Part shown: piece after piece, positions 39,628-49,575 of the stretch
Layout: each line of letters opens with the position of its first letter
Numbering within the stretch: the first letter of the stretch is position 1
Virus record (IMG/VR): IMGVR_UViG_3300026484_000095
Span: 32,001-96,000 of that record
Strand: one strand, 5' to 3'
From: a virus
Length of the DNA stretch: 64,000 nucleotides
Program-made: the position numbers and the translations under genes
The notes under the pieces: model-generated
What the model was told of the DNA's origin: nothing
The model's database searches: none
The model's input: only the letters and a program-made list of their open reading frames with translations

Positions 39628-40353
39628 ATGAAAGTAACTGCAAATGGAGATGGTTCAGAACTATCTAGTGAAGTGGTAGAAGAGAGTGATGTTCAGCAAA
39701 CAACTGTTTCTAAATCAAACACTGTTAGCTTAATGTTTGGCTTAATTGATGTTAATGTCAATATAGCAAGTGCAAATTATGATGACGGTAAGTTTGAAGC
39801 TAAAATCAATGTTAAGGTAGGTTCAAATCTTCCAAGCTTTGATATAGCATTAGATGACCCTGCTGTTGCACAAGCATTATTTGTAGAGAGTAAAAATGCT
39901 GATTTCAATAGAAACGGTATTAAGTCTTTTATAGTTGCAGGTATAGAGAACGCATTAAAAAGTGCATTTGATGAAGATAAATTTAACAGAGCTTTGGAAT
40001 TAGCAGATGAGAAACTAAAAAGTAAAGTAAATGAGATTTATCAGATAGAAAATCACAACGGTTCTATTAAAGCAAGTTCAGAGGTCGTGGATTTAGTTAC
40101 AAGTGCAACTGATGTTTCTGCTGTATCTAGTGAGCAAGAACAGATGGAAGATATATCCACTGACTTAAAGGCACAAGGGTATTCAGAACATTCTATTTTG
40201 GAAGATGACGATAATGATGACCTCCCTGCAAATTATAAGCCGTTATCAGATGGTACTTCATCTATTGTATTGAGAGATGAGAAAGAAGATGTATCAGATG
40301 ACGATGAAGAAGATGAGGGGTCTATCGTATCAGTAGCTAAATTAAAGTATTAA
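39628..40353 (+). CDS. Acidic hypothetical protein
   Basis: AAGGAG RBS favours ATG 39628. Confidence 0.7.
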   Translation: MKVTANGDGSELSSEVVEESDVQQTTVSKSNTVSLMFGLIDVNVNIASANYDDGKFEAKINVKVGSNLPSFDIALDDPAVAQALFVESKNADFNRNGIKSFIVAGIENALKSAFDEDKFNRALELADEKLKSKVNEIYQIENHNGSIKASSEVVDLVTSATDVSAVSSEQEQMEDISTDLKAQGYSEHSILEDDDNDDLPANYKPLSDGTSSIVLRDEKEDVSDDDEEDEGSIVSVAKLKY

Positions 40354-40355
40354 TT

Positions 40356-40913
40356 ATGATAGTCAATTTAACTAAGATAGTTAGATACAGACCTTTAACA
40401 AAGTCAGCTAAGGGTATTGATAGATTGAAAGAGTTGGCAGAGTATTACGGATTAGAAGAGGTGGAGTTCAGAAGAGAATTTACTCTCTTCTTAGCTTATT
40501 TAGTTCGTAGGCATATACAAAATGCTGTAAAGACTCAAAAAATAGGTGGAGTTCCTATGAAGTTGAAATATAGACCTCTAAACAAAAAATACAATAAAAG
40601 CAAACCTAAAAGCAGTCAGGATAAATTTTGGGTTAATACTGATTTTCTTATTAAGAATTTGAAAGTATGGCAGTTAAAAAACGGAGATGTATATATTGGT
40701 TATAGGTTTAACAATGTTCATAAGAACTTTAAAAAAGGTAAAAATGGTCGTAGGGTTAAAGCACGGGATATTATGGTTTGGTTGGAAAAAGGAACAAAGA
40801 AAATCCCTCCAAGACCTTTATTTAGTGTTATAGTTAGGAACATAGCAAAGAACATATCATTTTACTTAGATATGTTTCATAGAAATATACAGAAAGGAAT
40901 AATAAAACTATGA
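40356..40913 (+). CDS. Putative virion morphogenesis / neck-type protein
   Basis: WLEKGTKKIPPRPLF resembles the ExGT..IPxRP motif of HK97 gp10-like proteins. Confidence 0.5.
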   Translation: MIVNLTKIVRYRPLTKSAKGIDRLKELAEYYGLEEVEFRREFTLFLAYLVRRHIQNAVKTQKIGGVPMKLKYRPLNKKYNKSKPKSSQDKFWVNTDFLIKNLKVWQLKNGDVYIGYRFNNVHKNFKKGKNGRRVKARDIMVWLEKGTKKIPPRPLFSVIVRNIAKNISFYLDMFHRNIQKGIIKL

Positions 40914-41539
40914 ATAAGTTTATATGTATAGAGGGCATTGATGGGAGTGGTAAGACTACAATCGTAGATAGTCTAGCTAAACAAGGTTATACAGTAATGA
41001 AAGAGTTACCTGATGTCGATAGTTTTGATAAAGTAGATGCTAAATCTACTGCATTTCAAATTAGAGCATTGTTATCAAGCACTGATGAGCTTAAAGATAA
41101 CACAGATATAGCAATGTTTCAAAGCCTGATGGTCGCTTTATTCACTAAGAATAGAAAAGAATATCAACCCAAGCTGTTAGATATGCTGAAAGAAACTGAT
41201 GTTATAATGGATAGAGGTATCTTATCAACTTTGGTGTATGGTTACAATGAGTTCAACAAAGATGAGAATAGAGCTATCTTTGATGAAAATATGAAAACAA
41301 GAACACCTGATAAAGTTATATATCTAGCTATTGATATAGAAACAGCCTTAAATCGTATCGGTGCAAGAGAAGACCAAAGAGAGTTTTATGAGGGTAAAGA
41401 GAAGTTAGTTAAACTGCTATATATTTACAATCAGTTGATAGAGAAATACAAAGACCTATTGAACATTGTTGTTATAGATGGTACTCAGGATAAAGATACA
41501 GTATTAACACAAGTGCAAGAAGTCTTGAAAACTATATAA
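40910..41539 (+). CDS. tmk: Thymidylate (dTMP) kinase
   Basis: IEGIDGSGKTT, MDRGILSTLVYG, PD.VIYL. Confidence 0.9.
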   Translation: MNKFICIEGIDGSGKTTIVDSLAKQGYTVMKELPDVDSFDKVDAKSTAFQIRALLSSTDELKDNTDIAMFQSLMVALFTKNRKEYQPKLLDMLKETDVIMDRGILSTLVYGYNEFNKDENRAIFDENMKTRTPDKVIYLAIDIETALNRIGAREDQREFYEGKEKLVKLLYIYNQLIEKYKDLLNIVVIDGTQDKDTVLTQVQEVLKTI

Positions 41540-41550
41540 AGGTGTAAAGT

Positions 41551-43110
41551 ATGGCAAAAGAGTTAGCAGATATATTTGATATTGAAGCAACTGGTGGTGA
41601 ATCAGTTGAAGCTAAATTGTCTAAGAAAAGATTACACACTTTAAGAGATATGGTTATCTATAAAGGTAGCCCACTCTTAAATGAAAAGTCTTTCAAAGAA
41701 GCATATAACAAATATAAAAAGTATCTAAAAACAAGATACACGATTTTATTACAAGAAGATAATGAAATTCTTTCAGGTATAGCAATGGCAGCCGCCTATG
41801 ATTACTATCGCCAAAGAGATTATTTCATTAAGTCGAGAGATACTTATGATATTAAAGATTTAACACATTTCTTAAACACTAATCTAAAAAGAATGTTCGA
41901 TAGAAAAGGTAAGTATGTACTTCAAAATAAAGTAGGTATCAATTTCTTAAACTCTTTTGTCAAAACATACATTACATCAACTAGTGTAGATGGTAGAGAG
42001 GGTAAAAATCTAAATAAAACAGCAGGTAACTGGAAACAGATGTATAGAAGTGCTTTAAAGTCTATGTATCTAGGTGATGATATGACAGCACAAAATGTTT
42101 TCAGCACTATTCGTTTTAGTGATGGTTCTCAAATCCCATCGAATTTTAGACCATTAGCCGCCGCTTTTATCTTTAATAGATATGGTATCGAACCTAACAA
42201 AGATGAAAAAGATATTTATATACATTGTAGTTCAGAGGGATTTCTAGGTAGAACATTGGCTACTTATTATTTGGCTTATAACAACCCTGATAAGAATATC
42301 CATTATTATACAATAGACCCTAATCTACAAGTTATAGATGCCTTCGGTAAATTGGAAAAGTGGCTACGAGAAAATATAGCTGATTTAGATAATTGGAAAC
42401 CTAAGATATTCAATATAGGTTCAGAGGTCGAGGAAGCTAATTTCTATAAACTGTATGGTAAGAAGTTCCATTGTAGTTTCACAAGCCCACCATATTTTGA
42501 TTTAGAGAAGTATGCAGAAACTTATATTATCTATTCTGTAATGGACTTAGATAACAAGGGTAAGGTTCTTAACTTTAAAGTGAATGGCAAATTGCTTAAA
42601 ATGAAATATATTGAAGCAGTTAAAAAATTCAAGGCTGACCCAAGTATATCTATTGAGCTTGATGGGGAGAGTTTCATTAAGACTGAAAAGCTAAGTGAAG
42701 ATTTAGAAATAGAAACTTCTAAGGGTAAATGCAAAGTTAAAGATTTAAAATTGGGAGATGTACTTTCTAAATATAGAGTAGTTAAAATTGGTAATGTAGG
42801 TCAATCTCATCAATACAAGACTTTCAATAGTTGGAATGAGAACTTCCTATCGCCAACTGTTGTCAATATCCGTAATAGTATGGATAAAGGGAGCTATTTA
42901 GTTCTTAATGTTGTTGATATTAAAACCCATCAAACATTAGAAGCTGATACAGTTAAAATCGCAGAAAGACACTCGTATATGTTAGAAGATACATTGAAGT
43001 TGAAACTAAGTCGAGTGCCTGGTATCGTTTATTTGAAAGATGGCACTAAAATGCTGTTAAGGGAATTTAAAAAGAATTGGGAACCAATTTTCGTTTTCAA
43101 AGCTATTTAA
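41551..43110 (+). CDS. Phage amino-methyltransferase-like protein with ~96-aa insertion
   Basis: SNFRP, SEGFLGR, IDPN, GSE, FTSPPYFDLEKY...QSH...W...FL, EPIFVF. Confidence 0.72.
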   Translation: MAKELADIFDIEATGGESVEAKLSKKRLHTLRDMVIYKGSPLLNEKSFKEAYNKYKKYLKTRYTILLQEDNEILSGIAMAAAYDYYRQRDYFIKSRDTYDIKDLTHFLNTNLKRMFDRKGKYVLQNKVGINFLNSFVKTYITSTSVDGREGKNLNKTAGNWKQMYRSALKSMYLGDDMTAQNVFSTIRFSDGSQIPSNFRPLAAAFIFNRYGIEPNKDEKDIYIHCSSEGFLGRTLATYYLAYNNPDKNIHYYTIDPNLQVIDAFGKLEKWLRENIADLDNWKPKIFNIGSEVEEANFYKLYGKKFHCSFTSPPYFDLEKYAETYIIYSVMDLDNKGKVLNFKVNGKLLKMKYIEAVKKFKADPSISIELDGESFIKTEKLSEDLEIETSKGKCKVKDLKLGDVLSKYRVVKIGNVGQSHQYKTFNSWNENFLSPTVVNIRNSMDKGSYLVLNVVDIKTHQTLEADTVKIAERHSYMLEDTLKLKLSRVPGIVYLKDGTKMLLREFKKNWEPIFVFKAI

Positions 43111-43161
43111 AAATTCTAAGAGTTCATTAAATACAAGTTGTTAAGTTCTAAGGTTCTATCT

Positions 43162-43322
43162 ATGGTGAGTAGCATTGAAGAGATACTGAGTAGAGTGATG
43201 TAAATTGATTACATCACCTCATTCTTTATCTTTGAAATGGGGGAATGGGTGGCAGGAATCAAAGTGGACGATGTTTCAAGCATATCGCAGTAAGAGTTAC
43301 TGTTGAAGTGTCGCACTCATAA
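43162..43322 (+). ncRNA. Candidate structured RNA / leader
   Basis: GC-richer intergenic stretch; GTGATGTAA/TTACATCAC, CAGTAA/TTACTG and enclosing TGAGT.GC/GCACTCA pairings. Confidence 0.35.
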
Positions 43323-43332
43323 AGGATTTGAT

Positions 43333-43641
43333 ATGAAAAAAGTAATCACATTACTAATGGGATTTGTTGCTTCTCTATTAGGAGCATTCGGTGGAGGTGG
43401 TTCAGCTTCTGACATCAAAAGCAAAATTGCATCAGGTAAGGCATTACCTCTAAACATTAACCAAAAAACAGGTGTAATGAAAAAAGGTATAGGGACTGGC
43501 AAAAATTTAGTTCACGGTAACAAAAAGTTATCAGTTGGTAAAGGCTTTGGAGCACCAAAAGCCACTAAGAAAGCTGCCGCAGAAGCTAGAAAAGCTGGAC
43601 CTAGACCAATAAGAACAACTCCAAAGAAAAAAAGAGGTTAG
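43333..43641 (+). CDS. Small Lys/Gly-rich protein with signal-peptide-like N-terminus
   Basis: MKKVITLLMGFVASLLGAFGGGG then strongly basic body; AAAGGA RBS. Confidence 0.7.
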   Translation: MKKVITLLMGFVASLLGAFGGGGSASDIKSKIASGKALPLNINQKTGVMKKGIGTGKNLVHGNKKLSVGKGFGAPKATKKAAAEARKAGPRPIRTTPKKKRG

Positions 43642-43673
43642 GCTTTAAGTCTTAAATCTTAACTGATTTTTTA

Positions 43674-43712
43674 AGGTAGGTAGGGTTTATCCTTATCTAC
43701 CTTTTTTTTTTT
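43674..43712 (+). terminator. Rho-independent terminator
   Basis: AAGGTAGGTAGGG...CCTTATCTACCTT plus T run. Confidence 0.8.
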
Positions 43713-43845
43713 CTTCATTTTATATTCTTCAATTCAATTACAGTCATTTAACTCCTTATATATGTATATCAGTATTTTAGTAATCTATTTACTGAGTTGT
43801 AGTTAAGCATAATTCTACAAACATTTTAAATCAAAGGAAAAAGTT

Positions 43846-46254
43846 ATGACTAGAGTTCGTAAGAGAGATGGTAGTTTAGAACCGATAGATATATCTAAGA
43901 TTCATAAGCAAACGGATATATGTAAAAAGTTCCCTGACACAAATCAAAGTGAATTAGAAGTTGATTCACAGATACAATTTTATAATGGTATTACCACTGA
44001 ACAAATACAAGAGACTTTAATTAAAGTAGCGATAGATAAGGTAGATATAGATTGTCCTAATTGGACTTTTGTAGCAAGTAATCTATTTCTGAATGATGTT
44101 TATCATAAAGTTGGTAAAAAGTATAACGGGAACAAAGGTAACCCATATTCCATCCACTTAAAATCAATCATTGATATAGGTATCGCTAATGGACTTTATG
44201 TAGATAGTTTCAAGTATAACCTTAGTGAAGAAGATATTAACATCTTGAATGATTATATCAAACCTGAAAGAGATGAGCAGTTCACTTATCTTAGTGTCAA
44301 AACATTGTATGATAGATATTTGGTTAAAGATAAAGAGGGTATTCCTATCGAACTTCCTCAACAGATGTTTATGTTAATCGCTATCTTTTTAACATATCAC
44401 GAAGAGGATAGGGTGTATTGGTCTAAAAAATTCTATGATGTAATATCTACATTTGAAGTTATGTTAGCAACTCCTACATTATCTAATGCTCGTAGAACAA
44501 GACACCAATTAAGTAGCTGTTATGTTGGTTCAAGCCCTGATAATATAGAGGGTATTTTCGGTGACTATAGTGAAATGGCACTTCTATCTAAATTTGGTGG
44601 TGGTATCGGTTGGGACTACTCTATGGTTAGAAGTATAGCAGGTTCAATAGATGGACACCAAAATATTGCAGGTGGGGTAACTCCATTTATCAAAATTGAT
44701 AATGATATTGCTTTGGCAGTTGACCAGTTAGGCACAAGAAAAGGTGCAATAGCAGTTTACTCTACTATCTACACAAAAGATTTATATGATTTCATTGACC
44801 TTAAAAAGAACAATGGTGATGATAGAAGAAGAACACACGATATTTTCCCTGCTCTATTGATTAATGATTTATTTATGGAAGCAGTAATGAAAGATGAAGA
44901 CTGGGTGATGGTAGACCCTAATGAGGTTCTAGTTGAGCTAGGTATAAATTTAGCAGAACTTTGGGGCGAGGACTTTGATAAAGCTTGGCAAGAAGTACTG
45001 TATAGTGATGTATCAAGAAACACTTTACCTGCAATGCAAATATGGAAGTTTATCATCACTTCTTATTTTGAAACTGGTTCTCCATTCTTAATGTTCAAAG
45101 ATACAGCAAACAAAAGAAATCCAAACAAACACGCAGGGATAATCAGAAGTTCAAATTTATGTACTGAAATCTTCCAAAACACAAAACCAAGTTATTATTT
45201 AGTTCAAGTTACATTAGAAGATGGGACAGTTATTGAGAAACCTGAGGATATTGTTATTAAGACTGATAATGGTTCTAAGTTAATCACGGCAGTTACCCAA
45301 CTAGATTATATAGATGGTTCAAGAGTTGTAACAATAGAGAAAGTTCGTAAAGGGGGAGAGACGGCAGTTTGTAATCTAGGTTCAGTTAATCTATCTAAGG
45401 TAAATACAAAAGAGGATTTTGAAAGAGTTATACCTATCTTAGTTCGTATGCTTGACAATGTAATCACATTGAACTATTATCCTAATGCAAAAACATATCA
45501 TACAGTTAAACAAACTCGTGCTATCGGTTGTGGTGTAATGGGTGAAGCTCAGATGTTAGCAGACCAACAAATTATGTGGGGTTCAAAAGAACACTTCTTC
45601 AAGCTAGACGAAATTATGGAAATGTTTAGTTTTAATGTTATTAAATCAAGTATGCAGTTAGCAATAGAAAGAGAACCTTACCCACAGTTCAAAGGCTCTG
45701 ATTGGTCTAAGGGTATTCTACCTGCATTTGATTTAGATAATATGTCAAGTGGTGCTAAGAGTTTCTTTGTTCAAAGACCATTGACTTATGGTGATAAGTG
45801 GGAAGAGCTGAAAGCTATGGTATCTACTTGTGGTGTTAGAAATGGATATATGATGTCAATAGCACCTACAAGTTCTATATCTATTCTAACGGGAACAAGT
45901 CAGTCTATCGAACCTATCTATAAGAAAAAATGGTTTGAAGAGAATTTAAGCGGATTGGTACCTGTTGTAGCTCCTAATCTAAACCTTGATAATATTAATT
46001 ATTATCCAAGTGCTTATGATGTAGACCAAATGACAATTATTGAAGCTGGTGCAATTAGACAAAGATGGATAGACCAAGGTCAAAGTCTAAATATCTTTGC
46101 TAGACTTGATAAGATAAATGGCAGATTGTTATCTAGTTTATATATTAGAGGTTGGCAGTTAGGTCTGAAATCTAACTATTATCTTAGAAGTCAATCACCT
46201 GAGGTAGATAATAGTGTAGAGGACAGAAGTATGGAGTGTGTAGGGTGTCAATAG
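43846..46254 (+). CDS. nrdA: Class Ia ribonucleotide reductase alpha subunit (with ATP cone)
   Basis: VRKRDG ATP cone, ATPTL, LSSC, SNLCTEI, VCNLGS, APTSS, YYLR, C-terminal CVGC. Confidence 0.96.
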   Translation: MTRVRKRDGSLEPIDISKIHKQTDICKKFPDTNQSELEVDSQIQFYNGITTEQIQETLIKVAIDKVDIDCPNWTFVASNLFLNDVYHKVGKKYNGNKGNPYSIHLKSIIDIGIANGLYVDSFKYNLSEEDINILNDYIKPERDEQFTYLSVKTLYDRYLVKDKEGIPIELPQQMFMLIAIFLTYHEEDRVYWSKKFYDVISTFEVMLATPTLSNARRTRHQLSSCYVGSSPDNIEGIFGDYSEMALLSKFGGGIGWDYSMVRSIAGSIDGHQNIAGGVTPFIKIDNDIALAVDQLGTRKGAIAVYSTIYTKDLYDFIDLKKNNGDDRRRTHDIFPALLINDLFMEAVMKDEDWVMVDPNEVLVELGINLAELWGEDFDKAWQEVLYSDVSRNTLPAMQIWKFIITSYFETGSPFLMFKDTANKRNPNKHAGIIRSSNLCTEIFQNTKPSYYLVQVTLEDGTVIEKPEDIVIKTDNGSKLITAVTQLDYIDGSRVVTIEKVRKGGETAVCNLGSVNLSKVNTKEDFERVIPILVRMLDNVITLNYYPNAKTYHTVKQTRAIGCGVMGEAQMLADQQIMWGSKEHFFKLDEIMEMFSFNVIKSSMQLAIEREPYPQFKGSDWSKGILPAFDLDNMSSGAKSFFVQRPLTYGDKWEELKAMVSTCGVRNGYMMSIAPTSSISILTGTSQSIEPIYKKKWFEENLSGLVPVVAPNLNLDNINYYPSAYDVDQMTIIEAGAIRQRWIDQGQSLNIFARLDKINGRLLSSLYIRGWQLGLKSNYYLRSQSPEVDNSVEDRSMECVGCQ

Positions 46255-46293
46255 CCCTACACTAAATCTTTAAATAAAAAAGAAAGGAATAGT

Positions 46294-47370
46294 ATGAAAG
46301 ACGATATTAACAAATCAATTCATAAGAAAATTAAAAAAGTTCGCAAATTGATTGAGAGAAAGAAAATCTATAACCCTGATAGCTCTGAGACTATCAACAA
46401 TAGACAAGTCTTTGGTGGAGAACCTAATGGTATCTTTGAAGTAGCTAAGGTAAAATACAAATGGGCTGATAATCTTTGGACTGTAATGGAGAACAATACT
46501 TGGTTTCCAAAAGAGGTTAATCTAACAGAAGATAAAAGGGATTATCTACGATTATCCAATTCAGAAAAGAATATGTATGATTTAGTGTTATCTCAACTTA
46601 TCTTTATGGATAGCTTACAAACTAACAATCTGATAGATAATGTTAATCCATATATAACAGCACCTGAGATAAATCTAGTGTTGGTAAGACAAGCTTATGA
46701 GGAAGCTAACCATAGTAAGTCTTATGCAGTTATGGTAGATGGGATAGCTATTGATAGTGACTCTATTTATGAGATGCCTAAGTTGGTTCCTGAACTAAGA
46801 GCTAAAAATGATTACATTGCTAAGGTGTTTATGGATTTATCAAAAGACCCAACTGAGGAAAATCTAATCTTGTCTATGTTCGCTAATCAGATATTAGAGG
46901 GTATCTATTTCTATGCAGGATTTACTTGTCTTTATGTGTTAGCACGAGGTGGTAAAATGCTGGGGTCGGCTGATATGATTAGATTTATACAAAGAGATGA
47001 AGTAACTCATTTAATCTTATTCCAAAATATGATTAATAGTGTTAAGAAAGGTAGACCTGAGTTCTTTACAGATGAACTAAAAGAGAAAGTTTATGATATG
47101 TTCAGAGGTGCAGTTAAACTAGAAATCGAGTGGGGTCAATTCCTTATAAAAGATGGTGGTGTTCTAGGTCTAACTGATGATATATTTGATAGCTATATTA
47201 AATATCTAGCTAATGATAGACTTACAGCAGTTGGATTTGAACCTTTATACCCTGAGATAACAAAACACCCTCTTAAATGGGTAGATGATTTCAGTAAGTT
47301 CAATGACCAAAGAACAAATTTCTTTGAGGGAACAGTTAAGAACTATTCCAAAGGGTCGTTAGATTGGTAA
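46294..47370 (+). CDS. nrdB: Class Ia ribonucleotide reductase beta subunit
   Basis: W.PKE, DSLQ, EEANHSKSY, LEGIYFY, RDEVTH, NFFE. Confidence 0.96.
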   Translation: MKDDINKSIHKKIKKVRKLIERKKIYNPDSSETINNRQVFGGEPNGIFEVAKVKYKWADNLWTVMENNTWFPKEVNLTEDKRDYLRLSNSEKNMYDLVLSQLIFMDSLQTNNLIDNVNPYITAPEINLVLVRQAYEEANHSKSYAVMVDGIAIDSDSIYEMPKLVPELRAKNDYIAKVFMDLSKDPTEENLILSMFANQILEGIYFYAGFTCLYVLARGGKMLGSADMIRFIQRDEVTHLILFQNMINSVKKGRPEFFTDELKEKVYDMFRGAVKLEIEWGQFLIKDGGVLGLTDDIFDSYIKYLANDRLTAVGFEPLYPEITKHPLKWVDDFSKFNDQRTNFFEGTVKNYSKGSLDW

Positions 47371-47438
47371 ATATCAATTAAAAATAAAATTGTCTACTGT
47401 CTATATGGTATTAAATTATTATATAGAGGTAGGCAAAT

Positions 47439-48905
47439 ATGCAAGTTCATACTAAACAAAAAGATGGTTCAACAACTGTAAGAGAGTTCGATTATATATC
47501 TATATGGGATATTATAGATGAGCTTAGACAGGAGCCAAAAACTACATTAAAACAACAAATCCTTAAAGACAACAAAGATAACTTCCTCTGGTTGAGAGTT
47601 CTACAATACACTTATGATACATCAAAAAATTATGGTATAAGAGATTTAGACCAAGAGTGCTTCCAAAGGCACAATAAATACAATGCTGAACCCCTTTCTG
47701 ATGAGTATATGTTTAGTCTTTTAGATAAGTTAGAGAAAAGAGAGCTGACTGGGAATAAAGCAAAAAGTGAAATTCTTAACTTCTGTCGTAATTGTAATGA
47801 TGGACTACAAGATTTGTTACAGCTCATTTTGTGGAGAGACTTAGATGTTGGTGCTTCTGTAAAATCTTTCAATAAAGCCTACGGAAAAAACTTTATCTAT
47901 GAATTTAAAACGATGGCCGCACGGGGTAAGAAAATCGAATATCCTTGCTATGTTGAAACAAAAATGAATGGACAGAGATTAGTTATCGAAAAAGAAGATG
48001 GTGTTATCACTTTTAAAAGTCGTAATGGTAAAAGTTATTCTCCACCCTATCTGATAGCACAAGCTGATTTCCTATTGGCAGAACACGATAATGTTATGTT
48101 GGATTGTGAGATAGATGGAATACCGAGTGAGTATGGCGAAACTTCATTATACAATTCAGATGCAGTTCGCACTGCTGTTAATGGACACATTAATCAGTTC
48201 ATCAGAGGAACAGCACCTGCTGAGTTGGATTTAAAATTTAGAGTAAATGTCTTTGATATGCTGACATTAGATGAGTTCAGAGGTAAGGTAACTTCTGTAA
48301 TACAAGAGGATAGGTATCATAGACTTGAAGATTTGTTTGATGGTATAGAGCTTCATAATTTTAGATGGGAAGAACCTAAGCTAGTTATTTCTATCCCCAA
48401 GATTAGAGAGATATACTTAAATGTTGTATCAAACAAAGGCGAGGGGATTATCATTAAGAAAAAAGGTAAACCTTATCAATTAGGAGATAGCCAACACTGG
48501 ATTAAAGCAAAGCAAGAAGTAGAGGTAGACTTAGAGATAGTTGATTTCTACAAAGGCAATAAAAGTGGAAAAAGAGCCGATACTGTTGGTGGTGTGATGT
48601 TAAAGACTTCTGATGGCTTATTAGAGGTAAATTGTGGGAGTGGTCTAAAAGATGTTGATATGGACTTCATTATGGATAACCAAGATGAATTAATTGGTAG
48701 AATTGTTAGAGTAAAATTCAATACTATTGTAGATAAGAAGACTAGCTCAATCAAATCTCTTTTCTTACCTAGATTTACAGGTGGTAACAAGACTGTAAGC
48801 AACTTTGTAGCAAGTCTTAGAGATGATAAAGATATAGCAAACTCTTTGGAAGAAGTGATACTAGAAGAACAATTAGCACAAGAAAATCTTTTTAAGGAAA
48901 AATAA
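47439..48905 (+). CDS. ATP-dependent DNA ligase
   Basis: ETKMNGQR (motif I), SRNG, LDCEI, VFD, EGIIIK, WIKAK, CGSG, LFLPRF. Confidence 0.9.
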   Translation: MQVHTKQKDGSTTVREFDYISIWDIIDELRQEPKTTLKQQILKDNKDNFLWLRVLQYTYDTSKNYGIRDLDQECFQRHNKYNAEPLSDEYMFSLLDKLEKRELTGNKAKSEILNFCRNCNDGLQDLLQLILWRDLDVGASVKSFNKAYGKNFIYEFKTMAARGKKIEYPCYVETKMNGQRLVIEKEDGVITFKSRNGKSYSPPYLIAQADFLLAEHDNVMLDCEIDGIPSEYGETSLYNSDAVRTAVNGHINQFIRGTAPAELDLKFRVNVFDMLTLDEFRGKVTSVIQEDRYHRLEDLFDGIELHNFRWEEPKLVISIPKIREIYLNVVSNKGEGIIIKKKGKPYQLGDSQHWIKAKQEVEVDLEIVDFYKGNKSGKRADTVGGVMLKTSDGLLEVNCGSGLKDVDMDFIMDNQDELIGRIVRVKFNTIVDKKTSSIKSLFLPRFTGGNKTVSNFVASLRDDKDIANSLEEVILEEQLAQENLFKEK

Positions 48906-48956
48906 AGGCTTTCTATGTTAGAATGTTTATAGTTAAAAGATTTAAAGGGTTTTAAA

Positions 48957-49562
48957 ATGTTTAAATATAAACAATTCTTTGATTTTGTCATATTTAGAAA
49001 GGCTTATTTTTTAAATATACAGAGAAACACTGATAGTCATATAAAATCCTTAGAGGTAGAAAATAATAAGCTATTGGAAGAGCTGAGGGCTTTAAAAAGT
49101 GGTTTAAGTGCTAATGTGAGAGGTAATGAGGATATAGAGCTTATAGGCGATTTACGGGGTCGTATTCAAACATTGCAAAGTATCATTAAAGATGATAGGG
49201 CTATCTATAAAAAGAAGCTGAAACATCTTGAAGATGAGCTAAAAGTCGAAAGGGCTACTGTCAAGAGATTGGAAGTGTCTGTGAAGTCTAGTAATCTACT
49301 TATTAAAGATTTATGGTTAGGGTTAAAGAGAAGTTTATCCAAAGCCCAAAGAACTGATTTTTATAAGAGAGAGTTAGAACAATGCAAAAAAGAGAAAGCA
49401 GGGCTTTATACAACTCATAATAAGCAGGAGACCCAAATTGAGGGTTTAGAGAGTAGGATAAAAGCAACTATCGGAGAGATAGGTAAATTTGTTAGAAAAC
49501 AAAAAGAGCTACCTAAAGAAGTTGTCAATAAACGAAATCTATCAATAGATTTATATACATAG
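48957..49562 (+). CDS. Coiled-coil hypothetical protein
   Basis: Heptad-rich 201-aa ORF. Confidence 0.65.
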   Translation: MFKYKQFFDFVIFRKAYFLNIQRNTDSHIKSLEVENNKLLEELRALKSGLSANVRGNEDIELIGDLRGRIQTLQSIIKDDRAIYKKKLKHLEDELKVERATVKRLEVSVKSSNLLIKDLWLGLKRSLSKAQRTDFYKRELEQCKKEKAGLYTTHNKQETQIEGLESRIKATIGEIGKFVRKQKELPKEVVNKRNLSIDLYT

Positions 49563-49575
49563 TAAAGGAGATACT

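Noticed and set aside
43240-43262. Cobalamin or c-di-GMP riboswitch call
   Set aside because: Only a superficial GGGAA..GGTG match; the other conserved elements are not evident.
45190-45355. Functional intein in NrdA or in the methyltransferase
   Set aside because: No N-terminal nucleophile block, TxxH or HN/C-S-T junction; kept only as a Hint-derived remnant.
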